The notes: generated by a model from the letters alone, not told the origin. A stretch of DNA of 64,000 nt from Bdellovibrionales bacterium (GCA_965219095.1 OZ244719.1:448001-512000); one strand, 5' to 3'. Numbered from the stretch's first letter, positions 20,286 through 31,401 are shown. Made by a program: numbers and translations.

Positions 20286-20705
20286 ATAGGAATTCTTGCA
20301 GCAGTTGCCATTCCTGCATTCGATGGGTTTAGAAAAAAAGCACGAAGCGGTGAAGCTAAAACTAACTTAGGCGCTCTTTATACAGCAGAAAAAGCTTTTA
20401 GTTATGAGCACTCAGGCTACTGTGCTAGTCTTGGAACAATAGGTTTTGAAGAACCCCAAGGAACACGCCACTACGCTATTGGCTTTCATTCTACAGGTAA
20501 CAAAGCTAACTCAGCAGTTACAAATTGTACTGTTACAGGAGAAAATTATGACTCTAATGGTGGAGGTACCCCTATTACTGCTATAACGGGTACATCATGT
20601 AAAGTAGACCCTGTAGACAAATTTATAGCTTGTGCTGAAGGAGAAATGGCTTCAACAAATTCCAACTGGAAAATTGATGATGAGAAAGTAATAGGTCAGC
20701 TATAA
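20286..20705 (+). CDS. pilA: Type IV pilin 3' cassette C2 (no start codon; absent from the ORF track)
   Basis: Manual translation IGILAAVAIPAFDGFRKKARSGEAKTNLGALYTAEKAFSYEHSGYC...FIACAEGEMASTNSNWKIDDEKVIGQL*; in-frame TAG at 20277. Confidence 0.9.
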   Translation: MGILAAVAIPAFDGFRKKARSGEAKTNLGALYTAEKAFSYEHSGYCASLGTIGFEEPQGTRHYAIGFHSTGNKANSAVTNCTVTGENYDSNGGGTPITAITGTSCKVDPVDKFIACAEGEMASTNSNWKIDDEKVIGQL

Positions 20706-20724
20706 AATACTTAAACTCCACTTT

Positions 20725-20752
20725 AAAACCCCTCTCTTAAAGAGGGGTTTTT
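20725..20752. terminator. Bidirectional intrinsic terminator
   Basis: AAAACCCCTCT-loop-AGAGGGGTTTT. Confidence 0.85.
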
Positions 20753-20855
20753 CTTTTTTCCTCACAAAATCCAAGCTAAAAAAACCCACTCATTTTGCTT
20801 TTTGAAGTGATTTTAGGAGTGATTTTTAACTCCTATTTTTCCAGCTTGCTAGTAT

Positions 20856-22058
20856 TCATTTCACTTCCAAAATTTCTTTGCCTTTAAGTTTAAGAGGTGA
20901 AGCTTTGAAGCTTGTTTCTGAAAGTTGGTTTAAACTTTCTAATTCATACATCTGAGCTGTTTTTTCCGCCATATCCGAGTTAATGAGAGCTACCACTTTC
21001 GCATACCTTTGAGTCATAGCTTGATCCTTATGTCCAAGACTTGCTTGGACAGCTGAGAGGCTCTTTGTGGCCATCAAAGCCATTGTGGCATAAGTATGAC
21101 GGCAAATGTGAGTTCCTCTCCAAGGAAGTCCGCAAGCTCTAAAAGACTTATCAAAAGCCCAGCGAATGGTCGTATAAGGCACAATTCCACCTTCCATTGA
21201 ATGAAAGACTAAGGGGTTTTTGGAATGTTTCTTTATGGCTTTTAACATCTCTATAAGTTTATCAGGAAGAGTAAGCACTCTAACCGAGGTCTTTGTCTTT
21301 GTTGATTCCCTAATCTGAGGAACATCTAAAGCCCAATCAGCTGTTCGAACCACTCTTGCAAACTTGTTTCTAAAATCAACTTCTTTCCACATAAGTCCAC
21401 ACGCTTCACTTACTCTCGCTCCTGTTAAAATCATAAACTGGGCTAAGTGGTAGTAAACAGGATTAGAGATCTTTTCAAGCTCAGAAAGCCACTTTCTAAT
21501 CTCTTCAGGTTTAGCAAAGTAATCAGGCCTTTTGATTTTTGAAGGCCTCTGATGTTGATAGCACCTGTTTCTATGTCCTTGGACAATGGGAAAGGTAAAG
21601 CTAGGATCAATGTTGTTCCTCCACCAATGAAGAACTGAGCCTAAACGTCTTAACTCCATTTTAAAAGAGTGACGTTGATTTTTGCACTTTTGCTTCTTAA
21701 AAAGCCATTCAATCCAATGATCTATACTGATGTGATGTAAGTTTGACATTCTAACTTTTGCTAAAGGACTGTTAAGTAAGAATTTTTGGCATATGTTTTG
21801 AATTTTCTTTTGACTGCTAGCTCTTAAAGAAACAACATACTCTTTAAGATATCTTTTTACACAATCTTCAAAGAAAATCTCCTCTCTTTCTTGTGGAAGA
21901 AAGTTAGTTCCATGAAAAAATCGTTGCTTTTGTTTTTCTTCCCATAGAATAGCTTCCGTCTTTGTTGGAAAAGACTTGGATTTGACACGAACTCCTCTAA
22001 CATACACTTGAGCATAATAGACAGTTTTATTTTTTCCTTTTCTTTTTGTTATCGACAT
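20856..22058 (-). CDS. Tyrosine integrase (type B)
   Basis: TGARVSE, HICRH and LGH..RY motifs; paralogue of type A. Confidence 0.95.
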   Translation of the reverse strand: MSITKRKGKNKTVYYAQVYVRGVRVKSKSFPTKTEAILWEEKQKQRFFHGTNFLPQEREEIFFEDCVKRYLKEYVVSLRASSQKKIQNICQKFLLNSPLAKVRMSNLHHISIDHWIEWLFKKQKCKNQRHSFKMELRRLGSVLHWWRNNIDPSFTFPIVQGHRNRCYQHQRPSKIKRPDYFAKPEEIRKWLSELEKISNPVYYHLAQFMILTGARVSEACGLMWKEVDFRNKFARVVRTADWALDVPQIRESTKTKTSVRVLTLPDKLIEMLKAIKKHSKNPLVFHSMEGGIVPYTTIRWAFDKSFRACGLPWRGTHICRHTYATMALMATKSLSAVQASLGHKDQAMTQRYAKVVALINSDMAEKTAQMYELESLNQLSETSFKASPLKLKGKEILEVK

Positions 22059-22306
22059 GATTTCTCCTTTTGTTGAAGCCATTTCTCTAACTTATCATTC
22101 GGGAAATAGACGTTTCGGCCTATTTTCAAGAAAGGGATTTTTCTCATAGACATCCAATTACGGATGGTCTTAGGAGAAATTTCCAAAAACTCCGAAAGCT
22201 CTCTAAGGTTTATTAAATTGTCAAAGAACAGGCCCTTTTTTTGAGGGCGAATAGTGTTCTCTAAGCTACTATTTTTTTTGATTGGTTTCAATTCTTTTTT
22301 ATCCAT
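22049..22306 (-). CDS. Excisionase-like HTH protein
   Basis: ELSEFLEISPKTIRNWMSMRKIPFLKIG; overlaps int start. Confidence 0.85.
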   Translation of the reverse strand: MDKKELKPIKKNSSLENTIRPQKKGLFFDNLINLRELSEFLEISPKTIRNWMSMRKIPFLKIGRNVYFPNDKLEKWLQQKEKSCR

Positions 22307-22630
22307 TTTTATTTCTCCTTTTAAAATATGGCGAAGAAGCTTAAAAAGCTCCCTCATTTGGTTTCTTCTAAGAACTCTGACTTTTCCTCACTGAATATGG
22401 TGAATTTACGCACTCAAAAAAGTGTTGTAAATTTTACTTTTCTTGCTTTGCATTATGTAACTCCTTTCCTTTTCGATTTGTTATTTGTTTTTTGACCTTT
22501 TTTTTACTCCTTTCTGAGCCATTAAAAAAACTAAAGCTAAACTCAAAAAAACAAAAATTTTTTAACCTGATAGAGAAAATTTTTAATTTAAAAGTTCTAA
22601 AAATTTTCTCTATTTTTTCCTCCTCCCACA

Positions 22631-22792
22631 CCCCCCTTTCCTCTTCCCACATCTATACACCCAACTCTGTGGTACCGTGACCACCCTCTCCCATACTAAA
22701 AAAAGTATGAGCGGGAGAGGGTGGTCACGGTGAAAACCGAAGGTTTTAGCAGAGTTGGGTGTATAAAGACAAAGGGAAAAGGAAAGGGGGGG
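22631..22792. other. Long nested hairpin (small-element type)
   Basis: TATACACCCAACTCTG/CAGAGTTGGGTGTATA and ACCGTGACCACCCTCTCCC/GGGAGAGGGTGGTCACGGT stems. Confidence 0.85.
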
Positions 22793-22857
22793 CATGCAAG
22801 ACATGTTTTCAGCACTATAAGAAAATTCCAGAATTTTTTTAAAACTACTCATAAAGC

Positions 22858-23127
22858 TCACTCCTTTAAGTTAAAAATTTGAAACAAATCTTGTGAAGTT
22901 TTGATCTTATCAATGAGTACAGCCTGACCTACTTTTAAGTTCTTAAAAACATCAGGTTCGCTCTTCATTTTTTTGGTCTCCAAAAGATTCCCTAAGCCTG
23001 TTTTTATAGCACTCCCTTGAAGAATTTGGCTTTGAGCTTTTAGGCTTACAAGGTCTTGAGATTCTTCTTCTATATTCATAAGAAGCCTTAAATTCTTTTT
23101 TTGTTTTTTGTACTGTTTAAATTTCAT
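22858..23127 (-). pseudogene. Internally deleted coupling-protein remnant
   Basis: LKAQ..IL joined to KTGLGNL..DVFKNLKVGQAVLIDK, matching parts of 48517..50112. Confidence 0.7.
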
Positions 23128-23981
23128 GTCTATATGATCTTGATTTGAAGGTGTTTTGCGTTTTTGAGTTCAAAAAATGTTCATCAGTGATAAGAGAAAT
23201 GGATTTTTGAACAAAGTCTTTTGGGTTTATTTTCTTAGCATAAGAGCTTTGATGAGCTTTTTTTAAAAGATCTTTTAGTTTTAAAAAAGTACGTTTTTCA
23301 AGAATAAGACGTGCTACTTTCTTCTTAACTTTTATGCCTTTTCTTTTTGTGTCTTTATTTAATTTATTTCTTTTCACAAATAAACCTTTCTTTTTTATTC
23401 TTTTAATTTCTAACTTAAGTGATAGTTTTTTATTTTTTTTTTAACCCTTTAGCTTAAGAGTTTTTAAAAACCCTGAAATAGGGGTCAGGCAGGTTTTTTA
23501 AATTTGCAAAAGATAGCTAAAAAATAAATAATTTCAATAAGTTATAACGCTTAAAAATATTTTTTCACTGTGGAGTTCTCATCATCAATTCATCACTTGT
23601 TTTTACTCCCTTTTTTGTTTTTTAAAAGAGTCTTTTTCCTTTTTTTAAAAACTACAATCTCTCTTCTCTAAAATGGGCTAAGCTCATTAAATTTTTATCC
23701 ATGAAATCCTCAAACAGGCTATAAAAATCTTAGAAGGGCTATTAAAAAAAAAGACTTTTTTCTTCATCCATTAAGCTATTTCTTCTTCTTTTTTTAAAAA
23801 AAATGTATAAAACAGCTAAATTTCAGGTTTTGAAAGTAGCTTTTTAAAGCTCTTTGAAGACGATTTTTTGACCTGTAGCTACATAGGATTTGAACCCTGT
23901 AAAAACTCTTTTTTATCTTTTAGAGATATAACATTTTCTGTCTATGGCCTCCTTTTCTTTTATGAAGCGGTTTTTTTAACT

Positions 23982-24194
23982 TCAAGGGTTTTGGCATGGA
24001 TATTCTTTTTTTATTTCTTCGAACAAATAGAGCTGATCTTGACCGGACATGGAAAATTTCCCCCTCACTATAGGGGAGGTGCTAACCCCCATGGGGGTTA
24101 AATTCCTTCTAAGTGATTGAATTTCTTGGTTTTTTTGTTTTTTAGCTTCTGAACTGGAAATGTTTAATTTTTTAGAAATCTTTCGTTCTGTCAA
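23982..24194 (-). pseudogene. Possible sigma-70 region 4-like HTH fragment
   Basis: TERKISKKLNIS..K..IQSLRRNL; related stop-interrupted sequence at ~54195-54300. Confidence 0.3.
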
Positions 24195-24806
24195 GCCTTC
24201 ATAGAGACCATTTGAATCACACTTTTTTTTTACTTGAAAGTAACTGAGAGTAGATTTTTTTAAGAAGCTGACTTAAAAAACTCATCTTTTAAAGCTGCTT
24301 TTGGATTTTCTTTTTGGCACTTCTTAAACCTCACATCGATACAATCCTGATTAGAAAGTGTTTCATCTCTTAAGCTCAAATAGGTGATCCTTTGGTATAG
24401 GAGAAAGGGCTTTTTTGAAAATATCTTTGGCTTTGATTTTTCTACTATAAGGGATTTTATGGGATTTTACTAAAAGCTCTTTTAATTTAAAAAAGCTCCA
24501 TTTAACTTCTCAAATTAGAGCCCCCTCTTTACGATCGGTCAGAAAGCTTATGGAGGCTTTAGTACAAGGTAAGCTAGAGGGTGAGAGTCAATTGATTTAA
24601 TGTGCCTAACTTTTAGCCTAAGAAAGAAAATAAAAGTAGCTAAGAAGATAGGAAGTAACAACTTAAAATATGGAAGAAGATAGAGTTTTTACTTAGCGAT
24701 CGGAAAAAGACAGTAGAAGTTAGAAGCAAAAAACTTTCCAACAATTTGTTAACTTAAGCCTTTTGGAGATATCTTCCGTAACCTTATGCTATAAAAGAAT
24801 GTCGAA

Positions 24807-25496
24807 TTATTTTTTGGAATTGGTATTACTAAAGTTTTTTGGTTTAAAGTGTTTGGCATTAATAATACTTGCACTACTTCCTAAAGCTTGAATCACAAAA
24901 AGACCTTCTTTCTCAGCCTTTCTAGCTGAACCTTGATTGGCCTTAAGATAAGCTACAGCACCATAAATTATTTTATCTTTATACAAAGGAAGCATTTGTT
25001 TAAAGTTTTTTAATTTGTTTATAAAATGAGTCAAATCTTTTAGCCATAAGGTGGTCTTGACTTCTGTCACAACCACTTCACTGCCATTAACTACAATAAT
25101 GTCAAATTCAAAAGGCTCATCATTCCATACCCCGGAAGACTCTTGAGAAATACTCTGCACTTCAATGTTTCTTTCTTGAAGAAGTTTAACTAAATCACCT
25201 TTTACCAGAGCCTCCATAAGCTTTCCCCATTGACCTATGAAAAGTTCGTCTAACTTTGCCATACGTTTATCAGACTTTTTAAACTGACGATCGGTCTCAA
25301 GTTTTGACTCTTTTAACAAACGCTCTGTTTCTTTGTGGGCTTTTGCGGTCTCTTGTTGAGCTTTAGAGGTTTCTTTGAGTTGGCGGTCAGTCTCTTTTTG
25401 AGCTTTTGCCAGCTCTTTAATTCCCTTAAAAGCTCCTTTAATAGATTCCTGAAGAGCTTTGGGAATCTGGTTGTTTTTTGTTACTTTTATAGCCAT
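24807..25496 (-). CDS. Coiled-coil plus PD-(D/E)XK-like protein (DUF3782-like), short-repeat allele
   Basis: C-terminal domain nearly identical to 286..1101; different N-terminus. Confidence 0.75.
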   Translation of the reverse strand: MAIKVTKNNQIPKALQESIKGAFKGIKELAKAQKETDRQLKETSKAQQETAKAHKETERLLKESKLETDRQFKKSDKRMAKLDELFIGQWGKLMEALVKGDLVKLLQERNIEVQSISQESSGVWNDEPFEFDIIVVNGSEVVVTEVKTTLWLKDLTHFINKLKNFKQMLPLYKDKIIYGAVAYLKANQGSARKAEKEGLFVIQALGSSASIINAKHFKPKNFSNTNSKK

Positions 25497-25894
25497 ATTA
25501 TTTATAGTAGTATAAAAAAACTTTCTTTTCAAGTGGTTTTAAAAAAAAAATTCTTTTAAATAGCCTCACTGCGACATCTCTCTCTAACCTACTGTAAAAA
25601 CAAGAAAATAAGAAAGTGCCAGATAAAAAAGTGCCAGAAAGATGCCGCTAGAGATAATACAACAATTAAATCCGCTTTCAAAAGTAATACAAAAGCTAAG
25701 CTCTTATAAAACTACAAGTAACTTATCACACACTTAGTTTTTTTAGAGTGAGTTCAGAGTAAAAAATTAAGGAACCTTAGAGAACTTTCAGGAAATTTTA
25801 AGATAGATAGTGACGGCTAAGTTGTTAATTTTATTATTTCCTTTTAAATTTTTTAATGATTCTAAGAACTTACAAAAGTTCACAGACCATTTTT

Positions 25895-26341
25895 ATAGGA
25901 ATTCTTGCAGCATTTGCCATTCCTGCATTCGATGGGTTTAGAAAAAAAGCACGAAGCAGTGAAGCTAAAACCAATTTAGGGGCTCTTTTTACTGCACAGA
26001 AAGCTTTTTTCTATGAACACTCAACTTATTGTGCTCATCTAGCTGATGTAGGTTTTTCTGTAACCGGAGCAGACACATATTACACCATTGGTTTTGGTGC
26101 GAACTCTGGTGGTAGTAATAGTGGTTGTACCGCAGGTACTGCACCTGACTGGAAATCAGATGGCAGTAAAGCAACTGCACAAGCTCCTGAAGCAGCTTGT
26201 GATGCTGACACAACAGATTTTACTGCTGGTGCAGTCGGTCCAAAGGATGGTACTGACCTTATAGACGTAGATAGTAACTATCGTATGGACCAAACAAAGA
26301 AGCTTAACTCCAATAGTATTTTCGACAAAGCTGGTTGTTAA
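25895..26341 (+). CDS. pilA: Type IV pilin 3' cassette C3 (terminal cassette of left array)
   Basis: IGILAAFAIPAFDGFRKKARSSEAKTNL; 4 Cys, one C-terminal. Confidence 0.9.
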   Translation: MGILAAFAIPAFDGFRKKARSSEAKTNLGALFTAQKAFFYEHSTYCAHLADVGFSVTGADTYYTIGFGANSGGSNSGCTAGTAPDWKSDGSKATAQAPEAACDADTTDFTAGAVGPKDGTDLIDVDSNYRMDQTKKLNSNSIFDKAGC

Positions 26342-26377
26342 TAACAAAGCCTAATTCTTAGAAACACTTCTTAAGTT

Positions 26378-26410
26378 TTTCAAACCCCTCTCTTAAAGAG
26401 GGGTTTGAAA
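26378..26410. terminator. Bidirectional terminator shared by convergent cassettes C3 and C4
   Basis: TTTCAAACCCCTCT-loop-AGAGGGGTTTGAAA. Confidence 0.85.
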
Positions 26411-26428
26411 TGAAGTTTAGATATTTTT

Positions 26429-26869
26429 TTATTGACTCGCAATTTTTTTGTTTTGATCAATTTGCCAGTTGGAATTTGTTGAAGCCGTTTCTCCTTCAGC
26501 ACAAGCTATGAACTTCTCAGGAGTTGTTGGAGTTGCTTCTTCTGTTAAGCAAGCAGCATCCAGATCCGATGCTGATTTTTTATTAGCAGTAGTAGCAGTA
26601 GAATCATAAGCTAGTGTTCCTGAGGAGGGACAAGCAGCAGAAGCAGCACTAGTTGTACCTGCAGCCTTAAATCCAACAGCGTAGTGGCGTGTTCCATCAG
26701 GTTCATCAAAACCTACTGCTTTAAGATTAGAACAGAAGCCGTTTTGTTCATAGAAAAAAGCTTTCTGTGCAGTAAAAAGAGCCCCTAAGTTAGTTTTAGC
26801 TTCACCGCTTCGTGCTTTTTTTCTAAACCCATCGAATGCAGGAATGGCAACTGCTGCAAGAATTCCTAT
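26429..26869 (-). CDS. pilA: Type IV pilin 3' cassette C4 (terminal cassette of right array)
   Basis: Same conserved start, distinct variable domain, 4 Cys. Confidence 0.9.
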   Translation of the reverse strand: MGILAAVAIPAFDGFRKKARSGEAKTNLGALFTAQKAFFYEQNGFCSNLKAVGFDEPDGTRHYAVGFKAAGTTSAASAACPSSGTLAYDSTATTANKKSASDLDAACLTEEATPTTPEKFIACAEGETASTNSNWQIDQNKKIASQ

Positions 26870-27248
26870 AAATTGATTTGTAAACTTTTGTAAGTTTGCA
26901 GAATCACTAAAAAACAAAAAGAAAATAATAAATTAACCTACCCATCTATTCCCGAATGTTAAGACTTTTCCCCTACATTGAACCTAGTTGATCACGACAA
27001 AACTCCGTACAAGAACGCATATGAGAATCACGATAGTTTTGATTAAAAACAAACTTTAATTTCTTTTGTACTTACTTTTGAAAGCCAGGATTTAATTGTT
27101 GTATTATCTCTAGCGACATCTTTCTGGTACTTTCTTATTTTCCTGTTATATTACAGTAGGTTAGAGAGAGATGTTGCAGTGAGGCTATTTGAAAGAAATT
27201 CTCTTAAAATCACTTGAAAAGAAAGTTTTTTTATATTATTATAACCGC

Positions 27249-28064
27249 ATGTCTTTAAAAAAAACCAATCATTCAATTCCTAAAGCTGTATGGGCTTCGA
27301 TTCAAGCTGTTGCTAAAGAAACTCAAGAACTGGCAAAGTCTCAAAAAGAGAATGCCAAAGCTCAAAAAGAGACTGACCGCCAACTCAAAGAATCTCAAAA
27401 AGAAATCGCTAAAGCTCAAAAAGAGAATGCCAAAGCTCAAAAAGAGACTGATCGCCAACTCAAAGAAACCTCTAAAGCTCAAAAAGAGACTGATCGCCAA
27501 CTCAAAGAATCTCAAAAAGAAACCGCAAAAGCCCACAAAGAAACAGAGCGTTTGTTAAAAGACTCAAAACTTGAGACCGATCGTCAGTTTATAAAGTCTG
27601 ATAAACGTATAGCAAAGTTAGACGAACTTTTCACAGGTCAATGGGGAAAGCTTATGGAGGCTCTGGTAAAAGGTGATTTAGTTAAACTTCTTCAAGAAAG
27701 AAACATTGAAGTGCAGAGTATTTCTCGAGAGTCTTCCGGGATATGGAATGATGAGCCTTTTGAATTCGACATTATTGTAGTTAATGGCAGTGAAGTGGTT
27801 GTGACAGAAGTCAAGACTACCTTATGGCTAAAAGATTTAACTCATTTTATAAACAAATTAAAAAACTTTAAACAAATGCTTCCTTTGTATAAAGATAAAA
27901 TAATTTATGGTGCTGTAGCTTATCTTAAGTTCAATCAAGGTTCAGCTAGAAAGGCTGAGAAAGAAGGTCTTTTTGTGATTCGAGCTTTAGGAAGTAGTGC
28001 AAGCATTATTAATGCCAAACACTTTAAACCAAAAGTTTTTAGTAATACCAATTCCAAAAAATAA
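27249..28064 (+). CDS. Coiled-coil plus PD-(D/E)XK-like protein (DUF3782-like)
   Basis: Identical translation to 286..1101. Confidence 0.75.
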   Translation: MSLKKTNHSIPKAVWASIQAVAKETQELAKSQKENAKAQKETDRQLKESQKEIAKAQKENAKAQKETDRQLKETSKAQKETDRQLKESQKETAKAHKETERLLKDSKLETDRQFIKSDKRIAKLDELFTGQWGKLMEALVKGDLVKLLQERNIEVQSISRESSGIWNDEPFEFDIIVVNGSEVVVTEVKTTLWLKDLTHFINKLKNFKQMLPLYKDKIIYGAVAYLKFNQGSARKAEKEGLFVIRALGSSASIINAKHFKPKVFSNTNSKK

Positions 28065-28996
28065 TTCGACATTCTTTTGTAGCATAAGGTTCCAGAAGAG
28101 ATCTCCAAAAGGCTTAAGTTCTCAAAATACATAGGACTTAAGTTAACAGTAAGTCGGTTTCTTAACTGAGTTACAATTTAGGGGTCAACATGGGGACACT
28201 GCCCCCATGTATAGGGGCAAAAGAAAATTTTTATGCTCCTTTCTCCAGTTATAACCCAAGTTTAGAATCAAAATGGAGGAAGAAAATCAACGTCACTCTG
28301 ATAAACTTCCAAAGGGTTTTTATGGTTTGTTTGAAGATTTAAAACCAAGCTCTCATATCACTTTGACCGATCGTAAAGAGGGGGGCTCCAATTTGAGAAG
28401 TTAAATGGAGCTTTTTTAAAAGATGTGAGCTCTGTCCACAATAAAGGAAAAAGTGTGTCTAGAATTGGACAAAACAAAAGAGATGCCAAAGCTTAAAATC
28501 ACTTAAGATCATTTCATTTTTTTTATTCAGAAAAAATGTTAAGAAAGTGTCTGACCCCTTAAAAGCTTATTTTTCACTCTATCTTAAGATTTTCTTATTG
28601 GGGAGTATTTTCTGCTTTTCATTACTTATAAAAAACAAAGTCTATAGTTTCTTTCATTCTAAGAAAGCAGATGAAACATCAAAGGAAGTTTGATGACAAA
28701 AGAAAATTTGTCTCAAAAAGACGAGAAGAAAAGGTGCAAAATGAAAAAACAAGAATTCCATTTGAGGGTTCCTAGAAAGACCTTTTTTTTATCCCAACTG
28801 CAATTCACTAGTGCAACCTTTTCTTTCATCATAACCTCATAAAATCCCTTATGGTAGAAAAATCAAAGCCAAAGATATTTTTGAAAAAGCCCTTTGTCTT
28901 ATAACAGAGGATCATTTGTTTGAACTAAGAGATTCAAGTATAGATATAAAGGATTGATTAGCTCTTTTTGAAATAACAACTTTTATTACAGTCTTA

Positions 28997-29311
28997 TCAT
29001 TCATCTTTGTAGTCCTCTGTTTTCTCTTTTTTTTTGAACTTTTTATAATAGTCTTTTGCAGTTAAACTACTAAGCGACTGGAAAAACAGCCTATCTTCAA
29101 AGCTAGGCTTGAGATGCTTTAATAGCTGAACTACGTCTTTTCCTCCTAGCTTAAGGCCTAGGATTCCTTTTTCACATTTTTTTAAATCAGAAAGAGGAAC
29201 GTTCAGAATAACAGCAATTTCTTCCTGTGATCTCCCTGACCTAATACGCATCTCTCGAATTTTACGCCCTAAGCAGTAGGTTATCATTGTCTTTAAAAGT
29301 TCTTTTTTCAT
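28997..29311 (-). CDS. XRE-family HTH protein
   Basis: LGRKIREMRIRSGRSQEEIA. Confidence 0.7.
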   Translation of the reverse strand: MKKELLKTMITYCLGRKIREMRIRSGRSQEEIAVILNVPLSDLKKCEKGILGLKLGGKDVVQLLKHLKPSFEDRLFFQSLSSLTAKDYYKKFKKKEKTEDYKDE

Positions 29312-29442
29312 AAGATGTACTGTCTTTGAGTCTTTTAGGGTTTTCTTTCAAATACATACGACCGTATGGTAACTAAAAGAAAATAGAAAGTCTAGAGTAA
29401 TTACATATGTATATAACGATTTAATGCAGGGAGATGTAAACT

Positions 29443-29700
29443 TTGGCTTATAACCCTAAAGGCATTCAAAACACTGTCAAGCGATCTGAATGGCAGAGCA
29501 TTCAAAAAATTGGCTCTAATATAAAAAAGCTTAGAGAAAAAAGAAACTGGACTTTAGAATCAGTAGAAGATCGTGGCTATCGTTCATGGAAGCACTGGCA
29601 AGCTATTGAGGCTGGGAAAAGAAACGTCAATGTGACAACCATTCTTAGAATCGCAAAAGTTTTGAAAGTAAAGCCTGAACAACTTTTTTCAAAACTTTAA
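29443..29700 (+). CDS. XRE-family HTH regulator
   Basis: IGSNIKKLRE..IEAGKRNVNVTTILRIAKVLKV. Confidence 0.8.
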   Translation: MAYNPKGIQNTVKRSEWQSIQKIGSNIKKLREKRNWTLESVEDRGYRSWKHWQAIEAGKRNVNVTTILRIAKVLKVKPEQLFSKL

Positions 29701-29782
29701 TTCTTTAATAAGAAGACAGTTTTCAAATTCATAATATAAAGTAAAGACATTGATCTGTTTTCTTTAATTTCTCTAAAAAACC

Positions 29783-31315
29783 GTAACTGCTCACCTACAT
29801 TGTTCAGTTATCCCTAACTTTAGACCTGTTTTAAGATAAAAGTCTTGCTCTTACAGATTTTCTTTTAAATACTTTTTTCAAATGACAATAAATAAGACCT
29901 CCATCAGAAATGAGATTAAAAATATAAGAAGTGACTTTGATAAGTTTGCAAAGAAAGGTTCTGTGCCTACTGAGATTTCTGTGATTGTTGAATCTCTCTT
30001 TAAGGTTGTGAACATTCTGATTGTTGTGTTTTTAGAAAAACAGGTTCGAAAAAATTCCAGCAACAGCGGTCTTCCTCCTTCGCAAGATTTTAGTCGTCAA
30101 GGGAATCGTAATAAGAAAGCTAGTGGGAGTCAGAAAAAGGGCTCTAGACTTGATAACAGTAAAGATACAAACAGTGAGGAGACTGTCTCTCCCTCAGAGT
30201 GTTCTCAGTGTGGGATGTGTTTAAAGACAGCAGAGGTAAAAAGCCTTGAGAAGCGTAAAAAGATTGATATTTTTTATGAAATTCAGACCCATACTGTAAC
30301 TTCTGAAGTTAAGGATTGTCCCTCATGTGGAGCTAGAAATAAAGGTCAATTCCCTAAAGGTATGAGTGGTCCTCTTCAGTATGGTGTAGGCATTAGAGCT
30401 TCCATCATCAATTTCATTATAGTTCAGATGCTGTCTTTTAGAGCGTGTTGGGGAACATTACATGGGGCTTATAGGTCGAATGATTTCTCCTGCAGTTATG
30501 TTGAGATACATTGCTGAATTAGGAGAGTTTCTTAAAAGTTGGGAAGAGCAGATGAAAGAAAAGATACTTGAATCAGAGGTCATTCATGTTGATGAGACCT
30601 CTATGAGGGTTAAGGGTAAAAACTACTGGATTCATACTTATAGTTCAGGAGAATTAGTCTTGCAGTTTCTCCACCTTTCAGGTGGAAGGGAAGCCATAAA
30701 AGATATTGGTCTCTTGGATAGATATGCAGGAGTGCTTGTGCATGATTGTTGGAGTCCTTACTTTTGTTATGATAAGATAACTCATGCTTTGTGTGTGGCT
30801 CACCTTTTGAGAGAGCTTAAATTTATAGAAGAAAGCAATGGATTCAAATGGGCTACAAATCTCAAAAAACTTCTTAAAGAGACTGTGGAGTTAGTTCATA
30901 AAAAAGAGTCAAGAGTTCTGACTCAAAAAGAGTACGAAACTCTTCAGAGAAGGTATAGGAGTATTCTTACAAAAGGCTTAAAAGAGCTTCCAGAATTTCC
31001 TAAGAAAAATGGCAAGAAAGGACGAATAAAGCATACACAAGCTCAAAACCTTTGGCTGCGATTTAAAAAGTATGAAGCAGAAATACTGTGTTTTGCTAAA
31101 AGAAAGAACGTAGATCCTACTAATAACAGAGCTGAAAGAGATCTAAGAATGACTAAAGTGAAAAAGAAAGTGTCAGGGTGTTTCAGAACAGAAGAAATGG
31201 CGAAATATTTTTGTCGTATTACCAGCTATGTTAAAACAATGAGAAATAGAGGGTATTCTTCTTTAGAAGCCATCTCTATGGCTTTAAATAAAAACTTACG
31301 AGAGTGAGCAGTTAC
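29783..31315 (+). mobile_element. IS66-family element with frameshifted transposase (29882..30517 and 30462..31307)
   Basis: IRs GTAACTGCTCAC/GTGAGCAGTTAC; 8-bp target duplication AAAAAACC; NSSNSGLPPS, VDET and TNNRAERDLR motifs; empty site at ~55075. Confidence 0.92.
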
Positions 31316-31401
31316 AAAAAACCAAGCTATTGTTTTCATATATGCACATTTTTAAGAATCTGTTTGAAAGAAATACACACTTGAATGCTGTTTGAATGTT
31401 G

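Larger units (their letters stand above)
20284..25894. mobile_element. Small pilin-targeting integrative element S2
   Basis: Direct core repeats at 20284 and 25893; contains pilin cassette, int, xis, hairpin, T4CP remnant and coiled-coil gene. Confidence 0.8.
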
